DNA of 61,342 nucleotides, the filler included, from Archaeoglobus sp. JdFR-37 (GTDB lineage Archaea > Halobacteriota > Archaeoglobi > Archaeoglobales > Archaeoglobaceae): NCBI GenBank assembly GCA_002010215.1. It is 5 parts of 5 records of this genome, joined end to end, with 100 filler letters (N's around TTAATTAATTAA, not from the genome) between each part and the next. Parts side by side here need not be neighbours in the genome. Positions count along the whole stretch, not along the records: positions 1 to 13,769 come from MTMY01000014.1; 4 more parts are not named here. The stretch is one strand, 5' to 3'. Each line of letters opens with the position of its first letter. The stretch's first letter is position 1. The position numbers and the translations under genes were made by a program. Shown in pieces: positions 1 through 8,974 of this stretch. The notes below the pieces were generated by a model. It searched no databases, was not told the DNA's origin, and saw nothing but the letters and a program-made list of their open reading frames with translations.

Positions 1-110
1 TACGCTGCATAAACATCAATTCCCGCCTCAATAGCTCCTCTTGCAATAGCCTCGTTTCCAAGCAGGAAAACCCTCTCACCTGGAGAATCCTTGATGACGT
101 CATTAAGCAT
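1..110 (-). CDS. iorA: Indolepyruvate:ferredoxin oxidoreductase alpha subunit, N-terminal fragment (runs off window)
   Basis: Manual translation MLNDVIKDSPGERVFLLGNEAIARGAIEAGIDVYAAY matches the IorA N-terminal LLGNEAIARG motif; in-frame alternative start at 122. Confidence 0.85.
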   Translation of the reverse strand, partial: MLNDVIKDSPGERVFLLGNEAIARGAIEAGIDVYAA

Positions 111-274
111 GGGGTTAGCCATGAAAGCAGACTGAAATATTTTGCTATTTTGGGATTTTTTGGTAATGGTTTCCTCTGACTGAGAGTGTAACGACAATTT
201 AATATCTATGTACAGACACAATTTTCCTGTCGGATGGAGATATCCCATAAACTTAACAATATAAGGGTGTTATT

Positions 275-1174
275 ATGCCCGACTCTTATGTAAAAGAAAA
301 AGTTTGGTTCCCCTGCTCGGGGTCGAAGTGCAGTGGAATCCTCTACAGGCCTGAAGGCGTAAAGGGTAGAGTTCCAAGCATCGTAATGGCCCACGGGCTG
401 GGTGCTGTGAAGGAAATGCACACCGATGAGTATGCCTCGCTTTGGGCCAGTGAGGGCCTCGCTGTTCTGGCTTTTGACTACAGGAGGTTTGGGGAGAGTG
501 GGGGAGAGCCCCGGCAGGCTTTATACCCAGAGGAGCAGGTGGCAGATTACAGATGTGCAATCTCCTACATGAGGAGCTTGGACTTCGTGGACCCGGACAG
601 GATAGGCGTGTGGGGCACCAGTTTCAGCGGGGGTCACGTTCTGACGCTGCTAGCTTTCCCACCTCCAGGCGTGAGGTGTGGAATTGCCCAAGTGCCCAAC
701 CTCTACAGTTACAGGACGGTCCTCAAGTACTTCGGTACCCTTGACCCTTTGCTGCAACTGGCAGAATACGGAAGAGAACAGTGCTGCAGGGGCGAGCCAG
801 CCACCATACCTATAGTGTCTGAGGAAGGCGGGCCCAGCATAATCATTGCAAAGGAGGCGGTGGAGTTCTACACCAAATATGCATCTCAGTTCCCTACATT
901 CAAAAACTACCTAACCATGGACAGTCTCGACAGGATACTGGCCTACAACCCGGGCTTCTACGCCGAGCTGGTTTCGAGACCAATCCTTTTCGTGGTAGCC
1001 GAGAAGGATGAGACCACGCCGCCTGACGTGGTAGATGAAGTCGCCTCTAGGATCAGAACCGAGGCGAAAATAGTTAGGTACCCGGTGGGTCACTTCAAGG
1101 TCTACGAGTCTCCACTGGTCCACGAGATTGCCAGAGTGGAATTAGAGTGGTTCAAAAAGCACCTCGAGGTGTAA
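275..1174 (+). CDS. Alpha/beta-fold hydrolase (CocE/S15/AidA-like)
   Basis: MAHGLG, FDYRRFGESGGEPR, nucleophile GTSFSGG, Asp in AEKDETT, His in GHF. Confidence 0.85.
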   Translation: MPDSYVKEKVWFPCSGSKCSGILYRPEGVKGRVPSIVMAHGLGAVKEMHTDEYASLWASEGLAVLAFDYRRFGESGGEPRQALYPEEQVADYRCAISYMRSLDFVDPDRIGVWGTSFSGGHVLTLLAFPPPGVRCGIAQVPNLYSYRTVLKYFGTLDPLLQLAEYGREQCCRGEPATIPIVSEEGGPSIIIAKEAVEFYTKYASQFPTFKNYLTMDSLDRILAYNPGFYAELVSRPILFVVAEKDETTPPDVVDEVASRIRTEAKIVRYPVGHFKVYESPLVHEIARVELEWFKKHLEV

Positions 1175-1177
1175 CCT

Positions 1178-2125
1178 GTGGCTGGCTGGAAGAACTGGAG
1201 TAGCTGGGGTAGCTGGAGCGGCGGGCTAGTGGAGGTAGCAGAAATGATATATGCTTACATAGACTCTGAGGGCACCTGGTTCAAGAGCAACTCCGGAGCC
1301 ATTGCTGGAGATGAGTACACAATCCTGATTGATACCCAGTACAATGCCGACAGAATGCGTGGCCTGCTCTCAGCCATGGAGAATAAGGGGCTCCCTGACC
1401 CGAGAGTGGTTGTTCTGACACACCACCACGGCGACCATGCCTGGACAACTTACATGCTCAAAAACGCCGTGACGGTGTGCCATGAAAGGACAGCTCGCAT
1501 GGTTGAGTCGATGTTGGGCTTGGATCCATCCATGTACAAGGCGATATTCCCCGACCTTGACTTCATGGGCGCTAGGTACACAATTCCAGACGTGGCATTC
1601 AGCGGAGATAAGCTTACACTGAAGTCTCATGGAGCTCCTAAGGCTGAAGTAATCCCTGTGGGCCATACCCACACTCCCGGCGACGCGATAGTATATGTGC
1701 CTGATCACAAGGTGGTGTTCACGGGGGATCTGGTCTTCTACAATGTCACACCTCTGGCCATCGACGCCCACCTGGCTGGCTGGATTGATGCCTTAGACCA
1801 GCTCCTGGATATGGATGCCGATACTTACGTGCCCGGCCACGGTCCTGTGACGGGGGAAGAGGGAGTGAGGGAGGCCAAGGACTACCTTGAGATAGTGTTG
1901 AGGGAGGCTGAGAGGCTCATGGGTAGCAGTGAAGATCTTTTGGAGATGGCGAAAAAGGTAAATCTGGGTAGGTTTGCTGAGTGGAAAGACCCAGAGAGGA
2001 TAATACCGAACCTTGAGAGAGCCCTGATGGAGATCTCAGGCATTCCGCCGGAGCAACCCCTTCCCAACGTCATGGAGACAGCCATGAAGATGGGCCAGTA
2101 CAGGCAGTGGCTTCAGTCCAAATAA
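1178..2125 (+). CDS. Metallo-beta-lactamase-fold hydrolase (cyclase-like)
   Basis: THHHGDH, HTPGD, FTGDL and PGHG motifs. Confidence 0.85.
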   Translation: MAGWKNWSSWGSWSGGLVEVAEMIYAYIDSEGTWFKSNSGAIAGDEYTILIDTQYNADRMRGLLSAMENKGLPDPRVVVLTHHHGDHAWTTYMLKNAVTVCHERTARMVESMLGLDPSMYKAIFPDLDFMGARYTIPDVAFSGDKLTLKSHGAPKAEVIPVGHTHTPGDAIVYVPDHKVVFTGDLVFYNVTPLAIDAHLAGWIDALDQLLDMDADTYVPGHGPVTGEEGVREAKDYLEIVLREAERLMGSSEDLLEMAKKVNLGRFAEWKDPERIIPNLERALMEISGIPPEQPLPNVMETAMKMGQYRQWLQSK

Positions 2126-2219
2126 ATTGTTAGAAATGAAAGTTTTCAACTGACTGAGAAACCAGGCTTAAATGCTGAAATTACAGCTTTGATTGAGATA
2201 ACACTACCTCATCATCCTG

Positions 2220-3491
2220 CTATTCCCTGAACTTCTCCACAATCCTTTCAGCCTTCTCAATCACTTTCACCTCATCCATGGTGAGAACTTCTCCATCCTC
2301 CACTATCAACTTCCCATCCACAACTACATGCCTGACCTCACATCCAAAACTTCCGTACACTATCGCGTTGATAGCATTGTACATCGGTGTGAAGTTGTGC
2401 CTTCTGCCATCCACAACCACCACATCTGCCAGCATGCCTTCTCTAATCTCTCCACCATTCAGCCTGTAGGCAGCGTATCCATTCCGAGTAGCCATTTGAA
2501 GGACTTCCCCGGCTTTGATTATGTCAGCTCTGCCAGTTCTAACCTTCTGAAGCAGGGATGTGAGCTTTATTTCTTCAAAGAGGTTGTAGGTGTTGTTTGA
2601 AGCTGCCCCATCGGTTCCGAGGGCAACATTAACACCAGCCTCCACCATATCCGAAACCCTAGCAATTCCTGAGGCAAGTTTGAGGTTGCTGACGGGACAG
2701 TGCACAACACTCACTTTTCTCTCAGCCAGAATAGCTATCTCTTCATCATCCAGCCAGACGCCGTGGGCAATAACAACATTCCAATCTAGGAATCCCACAT
2801 CATTCAGCATTCTGATGGGAGACTGGTCATACTGCTTCTTTATCTCCTCTACCTCCCATTGCGTCTCTGAGACGTGGATGTGAACACTACATCCAATCTT
2901 ATCTGCTTTTTCCTTCACAAGCTTCAAAAACTCAGGTGTACAGGTGTAGGGGGCGTGTGGGCCGAAAATTGCCTTTATCCTACCTTCAAAGGCATCATCC
3001 CACTCTCTTATAAATTTTTCACCTATCCTCAGCTCTTCCTCAGCCCTTTCCACATCTCCTCTATCTGCCATTCCATAGCAGAGTACTGCCCTTATCCCTG
3101 TCCTACCCACAGCTTTAGCAACTTCGTCCATATGTATGTAGAGGTCTGAAAAGCCTGTTGTTCCGGTTTTCAGCATCTCAAGAATGCCTAACATCGAACC
3201 CCAGTAAACATCTTTCGGCGTAAGTTTTCGCTCAGCTCTCCATATTTTCTTCCTGAGCCAGTCCATCAGGGGCATGTCCTCCGCAAATCCTCTGAAGAGA
3301 GTCATGGCAAGGTGCGTATGGGCATTGAATAGACCGGGCAGTACAAAGCTTGAAGAAGTGTCGATTTCTATATCTCCCCTGATCTCATCTCTCCCAACGT
3401 AAACAATTCTATTCCCCCTTATTCCAACATTAGCTTGAACGAACTCTCCATTTATGAAGCAGAGACCGTTTTTGATGGCCACATCGAACAT
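2220..3491 (-). CDS. mtaD: 5'-methylthioadenosine/SAH/5'-deoxyadenosine deaminase (amidohydrolase)
   Basis: NAHTH, PHAPYTC, HIHVSET, HCPVSN, GTDGAASNN motifs; start moved to MFDVAIKNG (3491) rather than the ORF-track 3578. Confidence 0.85.
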   Translation of the reverse strand: MFDVAIKNGLCFINGEFVQANVGIRGNRIVYVGRDEIRGDIEIDTSSSFVLPGLFNAHTHLAMTLFRGFAEDMPLMDWLRKKIWRAERKLTPKDVYWGSMLGILEMLKTGTTGFSDLYIHMDEVAKAVGRTGIRAVLCYGMADRGDVERAEEELRIGEKFIREWDDAFEGRIKAIFGPHAPYTCTPEFLKLVKEKADKIGCSVHIHVSETQWEVEEIKKQYDQSPIRMLNDVGFLDWNVVIAHGVWLDDEEIAILAERKVSVVHCPVSNLKLASGIARVSDMVEAGVNVALGTDGAASNNTYNLFEEIKLTSLLQKVRTGRADIIKAGEVLQMATRNGYAAYRLNGGEIREGMLADVVVVDGRRHNFTPMYNAINAIVYGSFGCEVRHVVVDGKLIVEDGEVLTMDEVKVIEKAERIVEKFRE

Positions 3492-3583
3492 GGAAGAGAG
3501 TAATGCCAGATGCTTAAATGTATTCCGTAATACATATGTATGACAAAAGGGAGAGTTAAGTAGTTTGTTTTTCACCAATTTTT

Positions 3584-3667
3584 ATGGCATTCAGAAGGTA
3601 CGCATGCGATGCAGAGAAAGGTGGCCTGACCCATTACGTTATGAGGGGGAGCAAGTCCCCCTTCTGA
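3584..3667 (+). CDS. cbpA: 27-aa RiPP precursor peptide, CbpA-like (MAFRRYACDAEKGGLTHYVMRGSKSPF)
   Basis: Not in ORF track (too short). ATG at 3584, in-frame stop upstream at 3557, ends 33 nt before the rSAM gene; R..C....GL(T/S)HY(V/I)M pattern recalls CbpA peptides. Confidence 0.75.
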   Translation: MAFRRYACDAEKGGLTHYVMRGSKSPF

Positions 3668-3674
3668 TTTTTTT
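3644..3674 (+). terminator. Hairpin plus T7 tract between precursor and maturase
   Basis: AGGGGGA (3644-3650), loop GCAAG, TCCCCCT (3656-3662), then T7 at 3668-3674. Confidence 0.5.
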
Positions 3675-3700
3675 ATTTCAAACTTTTTGGAGGTGCTAGT

Positions 3701-4903
3701 ATGTGGATTGAAGAAGCAAAAGTATTCTACGATGCTGAAAGCGGGTTTTACTGGTTTGATAAAGATATACCGGATTTTTCTGACATTAGGGATGATCTGG
3801 TAGAGGAGATCAGGAAGTACAGGTTCGAGAAAGATCTGAAATTTGCCTACCTAAATGTTACAGAATTATGTAACGCCAAATGCCCTTACTGCTATGTTCC
3901 AGATGAGGTGAAAAAGAGAGGTAGAAGTTTTAGTAGAGATGAACTTTTTGAAATTCTAGGGAGGCTGGAAGGGGCAGGGATTGAATGGGTACTATTTCAC
4001 GGAGTGGAGCCACTGCTGGAGAAAGAGTTGATATTTGAGGCCATGGACACCTTTGACTTCAATTACGGCATTCAAACCAACGGACTGCTGCTGGAAGAGG
4101 AGGATATGGACTTCATAATGGAGAAAGAAGCAAACATAGGCTTGTCTCTGGACGCTCCTAAAAGAGATGTAAATGATTTTCTGCGTGGCAGCGGAAGCTT
4201 TGATGCAGTATGCTCTGCAATGGAATATATGGATGATTATGAGGGTTTGAGCATCATAACGACCATAAACAGGTTCAATGAAGCATTACTCCCAGAAATG
4301 GTGGACTTTCTTGCTGGAAAGGTTGGAACGGTTTTGATGAATCCAGTGAGAGGGACTTCGAAGGGTGGCAGGAACCTTAGAGCTGTTAACCTAGCCGAGA
4401 ACTTTTTGGAGGCAGTTGAGAGAGCAATGGAGCTTACAGCTATGGGAGAGAGAATAGTGATAGCAGATTATGCAAATATTCTCCTTGGTATCCTAGCCCC
4501 TTCAGCCAGAGTTCTGCAGTGTGACGTTTCACCATGTGGAGCAGGCAGGAGGTTCATATCCATAACCCCCGACGGCGTGTATCCCTGTGGTGAGTTCATA
4601 GGAATGGCGGAGTTCAGGAGCAGACTTGATGAGGCATTGAGTTCGAAGGCATTTGAAAGGGTTGTCGGAAGGAAAGTGGAAGATATAGGTGAGTGCAGGG
4701 ACTGCTCCTTCCGCCACCTATGTGGAGCACCATGTCCCGCTGAAATCTATGCAGAAACAGGAAAATTGAATGAAAAGAGCCCCTACTGTGAGTTCTACAA
4801 AGAGGTAATCATACATGCCTTCAGAACCATCAGGGAAGGGAAAGAAGGGTTGGTTTTGAGGCTTGAAAACCTTGCTGAAAAGCACACCATAGAGTTAAGA
4901 TAG
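3701..4903 (+). CDS. cbpB: Radical SAM/SPASM peptide maturase, CbpB-like
   Basis: CNAKCPYC rSAM motif; CDVSPCGAG...YPC...CRDCSFRHLCGAPCPA...C SPASM domain; GGAGGTG RBS; upstream short peptide. Confidence 0.8.
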   Translation: MWIEEAKVFYDAESGFYWFDKDIPDFSDIRDDLVEEIRKYRFEKDLKFAYLNVTELCNAKCPYCYVPDEVKKRGRSFSRDELFEILGRLEGAGIEWVLFHGVEPLLEKELIFEAMDTFDFNYGIQTNGLLLEEEDMDFIMEKEANIGLSLDAPKRDVNDFLRGSGSFDAVCSAMEYMDDYEGLSIITTINRFNEALLPEMVDFLAGKVGTVLMNPVRGTSKGGRNLRAVNLAENFLEAVERAMELTAMGERIVIADYANILLGILAPSARVLQCDVSPCGAGRRFISITPDGVYPCGEFIGMAEFRSRLDEALSSKAFERVVGRKVEDIGECRDCSFRHLCGAPCPAEIYAETGKLNEKSPYCEFYKEVIIHAFRTIREGKEGLVLRLENLAEKHTIELR

Positions 4904-4929
4904 CCAGATTTTTTACCTTTTCTCTACTT

Positions 4930-6693
4930 TTACCTTGCACGCAACGCCACTTCAGCAGCATGAGCCCTCACGATGTCCGAACGGGTAATTATGCCAATTA
5001 ACTTCCCGTCTTCCCTTGCGACGACTGGAAGCCTTCCAATATTATGCTTTGCGAGCCTTCTGAGGACTTCTTCCAGCGTCTCATCTGGATGCGCAATTAT
5101 TACTTCCCTAGTCATAGCCTTTTCCACGGATGTTTCATCCCTTTCATCAACCGGAACCTTCATCACATCGTTGAGTGTAATGATCCCCACTAACCTCCCA
5201 TCCTGAACCACTGGGAAGCCTAAATGTCCGGTTTTATAAATTGCCTGAAGTACTTCCGAAACAGTACTATGAGGTGAAACAGTGAAAACCTTTTCAGCAG
5301 GCGTCATTGCCTCGCTCACATGGATGTTCTCCAGCACATCAACCGTCATCTCCATCCTGTGGGCAGGGCTGTTAATCCTGCTCTCAACTTGTTCGCTGTA
5401 TATGGAGATGTCCCCGCTTGCTCGGTAAGCCACTATGGCAGCCAGCGTGAGAGCTGGAAGTAGCGAATAGCCCCCAGTCATCTCCAAAACCATCATAATT
5501 GCAGCAATAGGTGTTTTTGCAACAGCAGCCACAAATGCAGCCATACCCACAAGCACATAGCTCTCTGGCTGTGTTACAAGGAATGGCATTAGGTCACTAA
5601 AGAGGTACCCGATCGTGGCCCCAACCATGCTCCCTATGACAACTGAGGGTGCAAAAACACCTCCACTCCCACCGCTGCCGATGGTGAAAGAAGTTGCAAG
5701 AATCTTTGCAACAAGAATTATCAGTATAGTCTGAAGTGCTATATTGCCATCAATGGCCATCTGAACGTAACCGTAGCTCATTCCCAGGGCCTGAGGAGCA
5801 AATATTGCTATTATGCCCGTAAGAATGCCTCCAATAACTGGCTTCATATACGGGGTGATCTTTAGCCTCTTGAAGAGGTTGTGGATGAAATAGAATACTT
5901 TAATGTATCCTATGGCTATGCCTGCTGCTACTAAACCGAGAAGGAGGTAAATGAACATCTCCCAAGCAGAACTTATACTCATCTGGGGTGTGGAAAATAT
6001 TGTATGGCTTCCAAAAGGTGTTCCTGTTAACCTTCCGAATATGACCTCAAATACGGTATACGCCACAATTGACGACGTGAAGGCGGGGATCATTGCTTCA
6101 ACTTCATAATCTCTCTTGTAAAGTACTTCAATTGCGAAAATAGCCCCGCCAAATGGTGATCGAAATATGCTCCCTATGCCTCCAGCCATCCCACATACTA
6201 CCAGCACTCTCTTATCTCTGTCTGAAAGATCGAACAGTGAGGCAAGAAATGAGCCAAAGCCTGCACCGATCTGGGCTATTGGCCCTTCTCTTCCAGCACT
6301 TCCTCCGCTGCCTATTGTAACTGCTGTTGCAAGAGCCTTTACAATAGGAACCCTACCCCTTATTTCCCCCCTCATCCTATGGAATGCCCTGATGACAGCA
6401 TCAGTACCATGGCCCTCAGCCTCAGGAGCGAGACTGTAAACCAGAAGACCGCTTAGAACCCCTCCTATGGCTGGAAGGAGATAGAGGGGGATAGAGGCGT
6501 AATCAAAGTGTACCTCAAAGAGAGCCAATTCTCCGCCAGGCTTCGGTGGAGTGTAAGTATCGAGGCCCTCTAGAAAGAACTGGGAGGAAATGTCAATAAG
6601 GATATAGAGTGCAATAGCCCCTAACCCTGAAATCACTCCCACAAGAGTTGCCAGCAGCATCAGGTGCCTTGCTCGTAGGGGCGGTTTTTTCAT
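4930..6693 (-). CDS. ClC-family chloride channel/H+ antiporter with C-terminal CBS pair
   Basis: GSGGSAGREGP, GSGGVFAPS, many TM segments, two CBS domains. Confidence 0.92.
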   Translation of the reverse strand: MKKPPLRARHLMLLATLVGVISGLGAIALYILIDISSQFFLEGLDTYTPPKPGGELALFEVHFDYASIPLYLLPAIGGVLSGLLVYSLAPEAEGHGTDAVIRAFHRMRGEIRGRVPIVKALATAVTIGSGGSAGREGPIAQIGAGFGSFLASLFDLSDRDKRVLVVCGMAGGIGSIFRSPFGGAIFAIEVLYKRDYEVEAMIPAFTSSIVAYTVFEVIFGRLTGTPFGSHTIFSTPQMSISSAWEMFIYLLLGLVAAGIAIGYIKVFYFIHNLFKRLKITPYMKPVIGGILTGIIAIFAPQALGMSYGYVQMAIDGNIALQTILIILVAKILATSFTIGSGGSGGVFAPSVVIGSMVGATIGYLFSDLMPFLVTQPESYVLVGMAAFVAAVAKTPIAAIMMVLEMTGGYSLLPALTLAAIVAYRASGDISIYSEQVESRINSPAHRMEMTVDVLENIHVSEAMTPAEKVFTVSPHSTVSEVLQAIYKTGHLGFPVVQDGRLVGIITLNDVMKVPVDERDETSVEKAMTREVIIAHPDETLEEVLRRLAKHNIGRLPVVAREDGKLIGIITRSDIVRAHAAEVALRAR

Positions 6694-6816
6694 TCGTAGC
6701 CAATTGGAATTTTAAGACTCAAAAACTTTTGCTTTTTATTTTATCTTGGAGGAACTGAACCCAAGTTGTGATTAAAGTAAATTATGTTTTTAATATAAAT
6801 TTAGCAAGCTGATAAT

Positions 6817-6830
6817 TTGACCATAGTCAA
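6817..6830. promoter_or_regulatory. Inverted repeat TTGAC-N4-GTCAA just upstream of a TATA-like TTTTTAAATA before cstA
   Basis: TTGACCATAGTCAA read directly; TATA-like element at about 6836-6845. Confidence 0.45.
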
Positions 6831-6913
6831 GGGTATTTTTAAATATTTTTTCAAATGATTAATTGTGGCGTTGTTAGTTTAGGCCAGTTTAAAAAATCTG
6901 GAGGTTAGAGAAG

Positions 6914-8653
6914 ATGGCTCTGACAACCACTATGGTGATAGGTCTGGGACTTTTGATTTACGTAGTCCTTTACCTGACCTACGGAAGAAAACTGGAAAGA
7001 GAAATAGTAAAGGCAGATCCGAACAAAGAAACACCGGCGAAGAGATTGTATGACGGAGTTGATTACGTCCCGGCAGACAGACCAGTCCTCTTTGGCCACC
7101 ACTTCGCATCCATTGCTGGAGCAGCACCAATAGTCGGGCCTGTTATGGCAATGGCCTGGGGCTGGCTTCTCGGCTTGGCTTGGATCTGGCTGGGAAACGT
7201 CCTGCTTGGAGCAGTCCACGACTACCTTTCTCTCATGGCATCTGTCAGATATGATGGGCGAAGCATCCAGTGGATCTCGGGTAAGGTGATGAGCAGAAGA
7301 ACATCACTGACGTTCCAAGTGTTCATATATTTCGTCCTGATTCTGGTTGTTGCAGCCTTTGCAGCAGTTATAACATCCATCTTTGTGAAGACTCCCCAGG
7401 TGGCGACGGCGTCCATACTATTCATAGTGTCCGCACTGGTGGTAGGCTTTCTTATGTACAGAATCAGGATAGGAATGGTTCCATCAACGGCTGTGGGTTT
7501 AGTGATGCTGGTGATAAGCATTTGGCTTGGATTCCAGTATCCCCTTTCCCTGACGGCAAACCAGTGGTACGGAGTCCTTTTTGTCTACATAATCATAGCT
7601 GCATCTTTGCCTGTCTGGATACTGCTGCAGCCCAGAGACTATTTGAACGCCTGGATACTCTGGTTCGGTTTGCTGGCAGGTGGTCTTGCCTTCCTTCTTG
7701 TGAACAAAGAGATAACATGGCCAGCTTACACCATGTTCTCAGCAACTGTCGTTGGCGGAAAACCATCACCTTTCTGGCCAGTGATTCCTCTCGTGATTGC
7801 GTGCGGCTCTCTTTCAGGCTTCCACTCCATCGTGGCATCAGGCACAACATCTAAACAGCTTGCCAACGAGCTTCACGGCTTGACAATTGGATATGGCGGT
7901 ATGCTTACAGAGGGCTTCCTTTCAACCCTCGTCGTGACATCCATAGCAGCATATGGAATGTCCCTACTGTCTCAGGCTGCATCCAAACTGGCAGAGGCAG
8001 GAATAGAGGTTGCAAAGCTAAGCGATCCCACATACATGGGTACAACGTATGTGGCTGCCATGCTGAAAAGCTTTGGAAAAGTAGGCATCTTCGCTCAGAG
8101 CTACGGCATGGGATGGCAGGATGCCTTTGGCGTAGATGTCACAGTTGGAACGGTTTTTGCAGGGCTCTGGGTTTCTGCTTTCGCTCTTACAACCCTCGAC
8201 ACCACCAACAGACTTGCAAGGTTTACCTGGAGTGAAATAGTGGCAGAAGTTGTTAAGGATGAATCCACGAGGAACATGCTGAGCAACAGGTGGGTGGCAT
8301 CAATCGTTGCAGCGTTGATAGGTATCGGTCTTGCTGCCACCGGAAATTGGACGATTATATGGCCTGCCTTTGGAGGAGCAAACCAGATGCTGGCAGCAAT
8401 TGCTTTGATGACTGCTGGTCTATGGGTTAGAAATGTCCTAGCAGTGAAGGGGGTGATGAGGTACCTAGTGCTTGCACCAGCCCTATTCCTGTGGGTGACA
8501 GTCACACTTGCCTACATATGGTTCATTGTCGTTGTGGTTCCTTCGCCTCCAGTGTTTACAATCGTTGCCATAGAGCTTTTGCTGGCTTTGATGCTACTCT
8601 ATGAGTTCAGCAAAGCTGTGAGAACTGAAGTGCCGGAAGTTGCTCCAGCATAA
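6914..8653 (+). CDS. cstA: Carbon starvation protein A family transporter
   Basis: DGVDYVP, FGHHFASIAGAAPIVGP, LLQPRDY, IACGSLSGFH, WPAFGGANQ motifs. Confidence 0.93.
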   Translation: MALTTTMVIGLGLLIYVVLYLTYGRKLEREIVKADPNKETPAKRLYDGVDYVPADRPVLFGHHFASIAGAAPIVGPVMAMAWGWLLGLAWIWLGNVLLGAVHDYLSLMASVRYDGRSIQWISGKVMSRRTSLTFQVFIYFVLILVVAAFAAVITSIFVKTPQVATASILFIVSALVVGFLMYRIRIGMVPSTAVGLVMLVISIWLGFQYPLSLTANQWYGVLFVYIIIAASLPVWILLQPRDYLNAWILWFGLLAGGLAFLLVNKEITWPAYTMFSATVVGGKPSPFWPVIPLVIACGSLSGFHSIVASGTTSKQLANELHGLTIGYGGMLTEGFLSTLVVTSIAAYGMSLLSQAASKLAEAGIEVAKLSDPTYMGTTYVAAMLKSFGKVGIFAQSYGMGWQDAFGVDVTVGTVFAGLWVSAFALTTLDTTNRLARFTWSEIVAEVVKDESTRNMLSNRWVASIVAALIGIGLAATGNWTIIWPAFGGANQMLAAIALMTAGLWVRNVLAVKGVMRYLVLAPALFLWVTVTLAYIWFIVVVVPSPPVFTIVAIELLLALMLLYEFSKAVRTEVPEVAPA

Positions 8654-8666
8654 GGATGCGAGCATA

Positions 8667-8954
8667 ATGAACATGAGGCTACACCAAGTCATTAACAACA
8701 TCCTCAAATTTTTTGAAGGTTTCAGCCAAGGATTCAAGAGCAGGTCAGTGGAATTCATCAAAATAGAGGAGAGAGAGCTTGAGAATATTTTTTCCCTTCT
8801 TTTATTTGGAAGTTATATCGGAATACCTGCCCCTCCTGCTTTTCTGAGCCTTGAATTGATGCCTTACGTTGCGAAAGAGCTTTATGTGCTGGGGATTACT
8901 GCTGAGAGGGCAGACGACCCCCTTGGCCAGATTGCAGAATTTTTTGAGTTATAA
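8667..8954 (+). CDS. Small CstA-associated protein (cory-CC-star-like, lacking terminal CC)
   Basis: ELENIFSLLLFGSYIGIPAPPAFLSLELMPY resembles the small proteins found between cstA and arsA; start uncertain (8640/8667/8673). Confidence 0.6.
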   Translation: MNMRLHQVINNILKFFEGFSQGFKSRSVEFIKIEERELENIFSLLLFGSYIGIPAPPAFLSLELMPYVAKELYVLGITAERADDPLGQIAEFFEL

Positions 8955-8974
8955 TTTCAGAGGGCAGTGGAAGT

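Noticed and set aside
3492..3578. N-terminal extension of the amidohydrolase in the ORF track
   Set aside because: Family homology starts at MFDVAIKNG; the extension covers the divergent promoter region.
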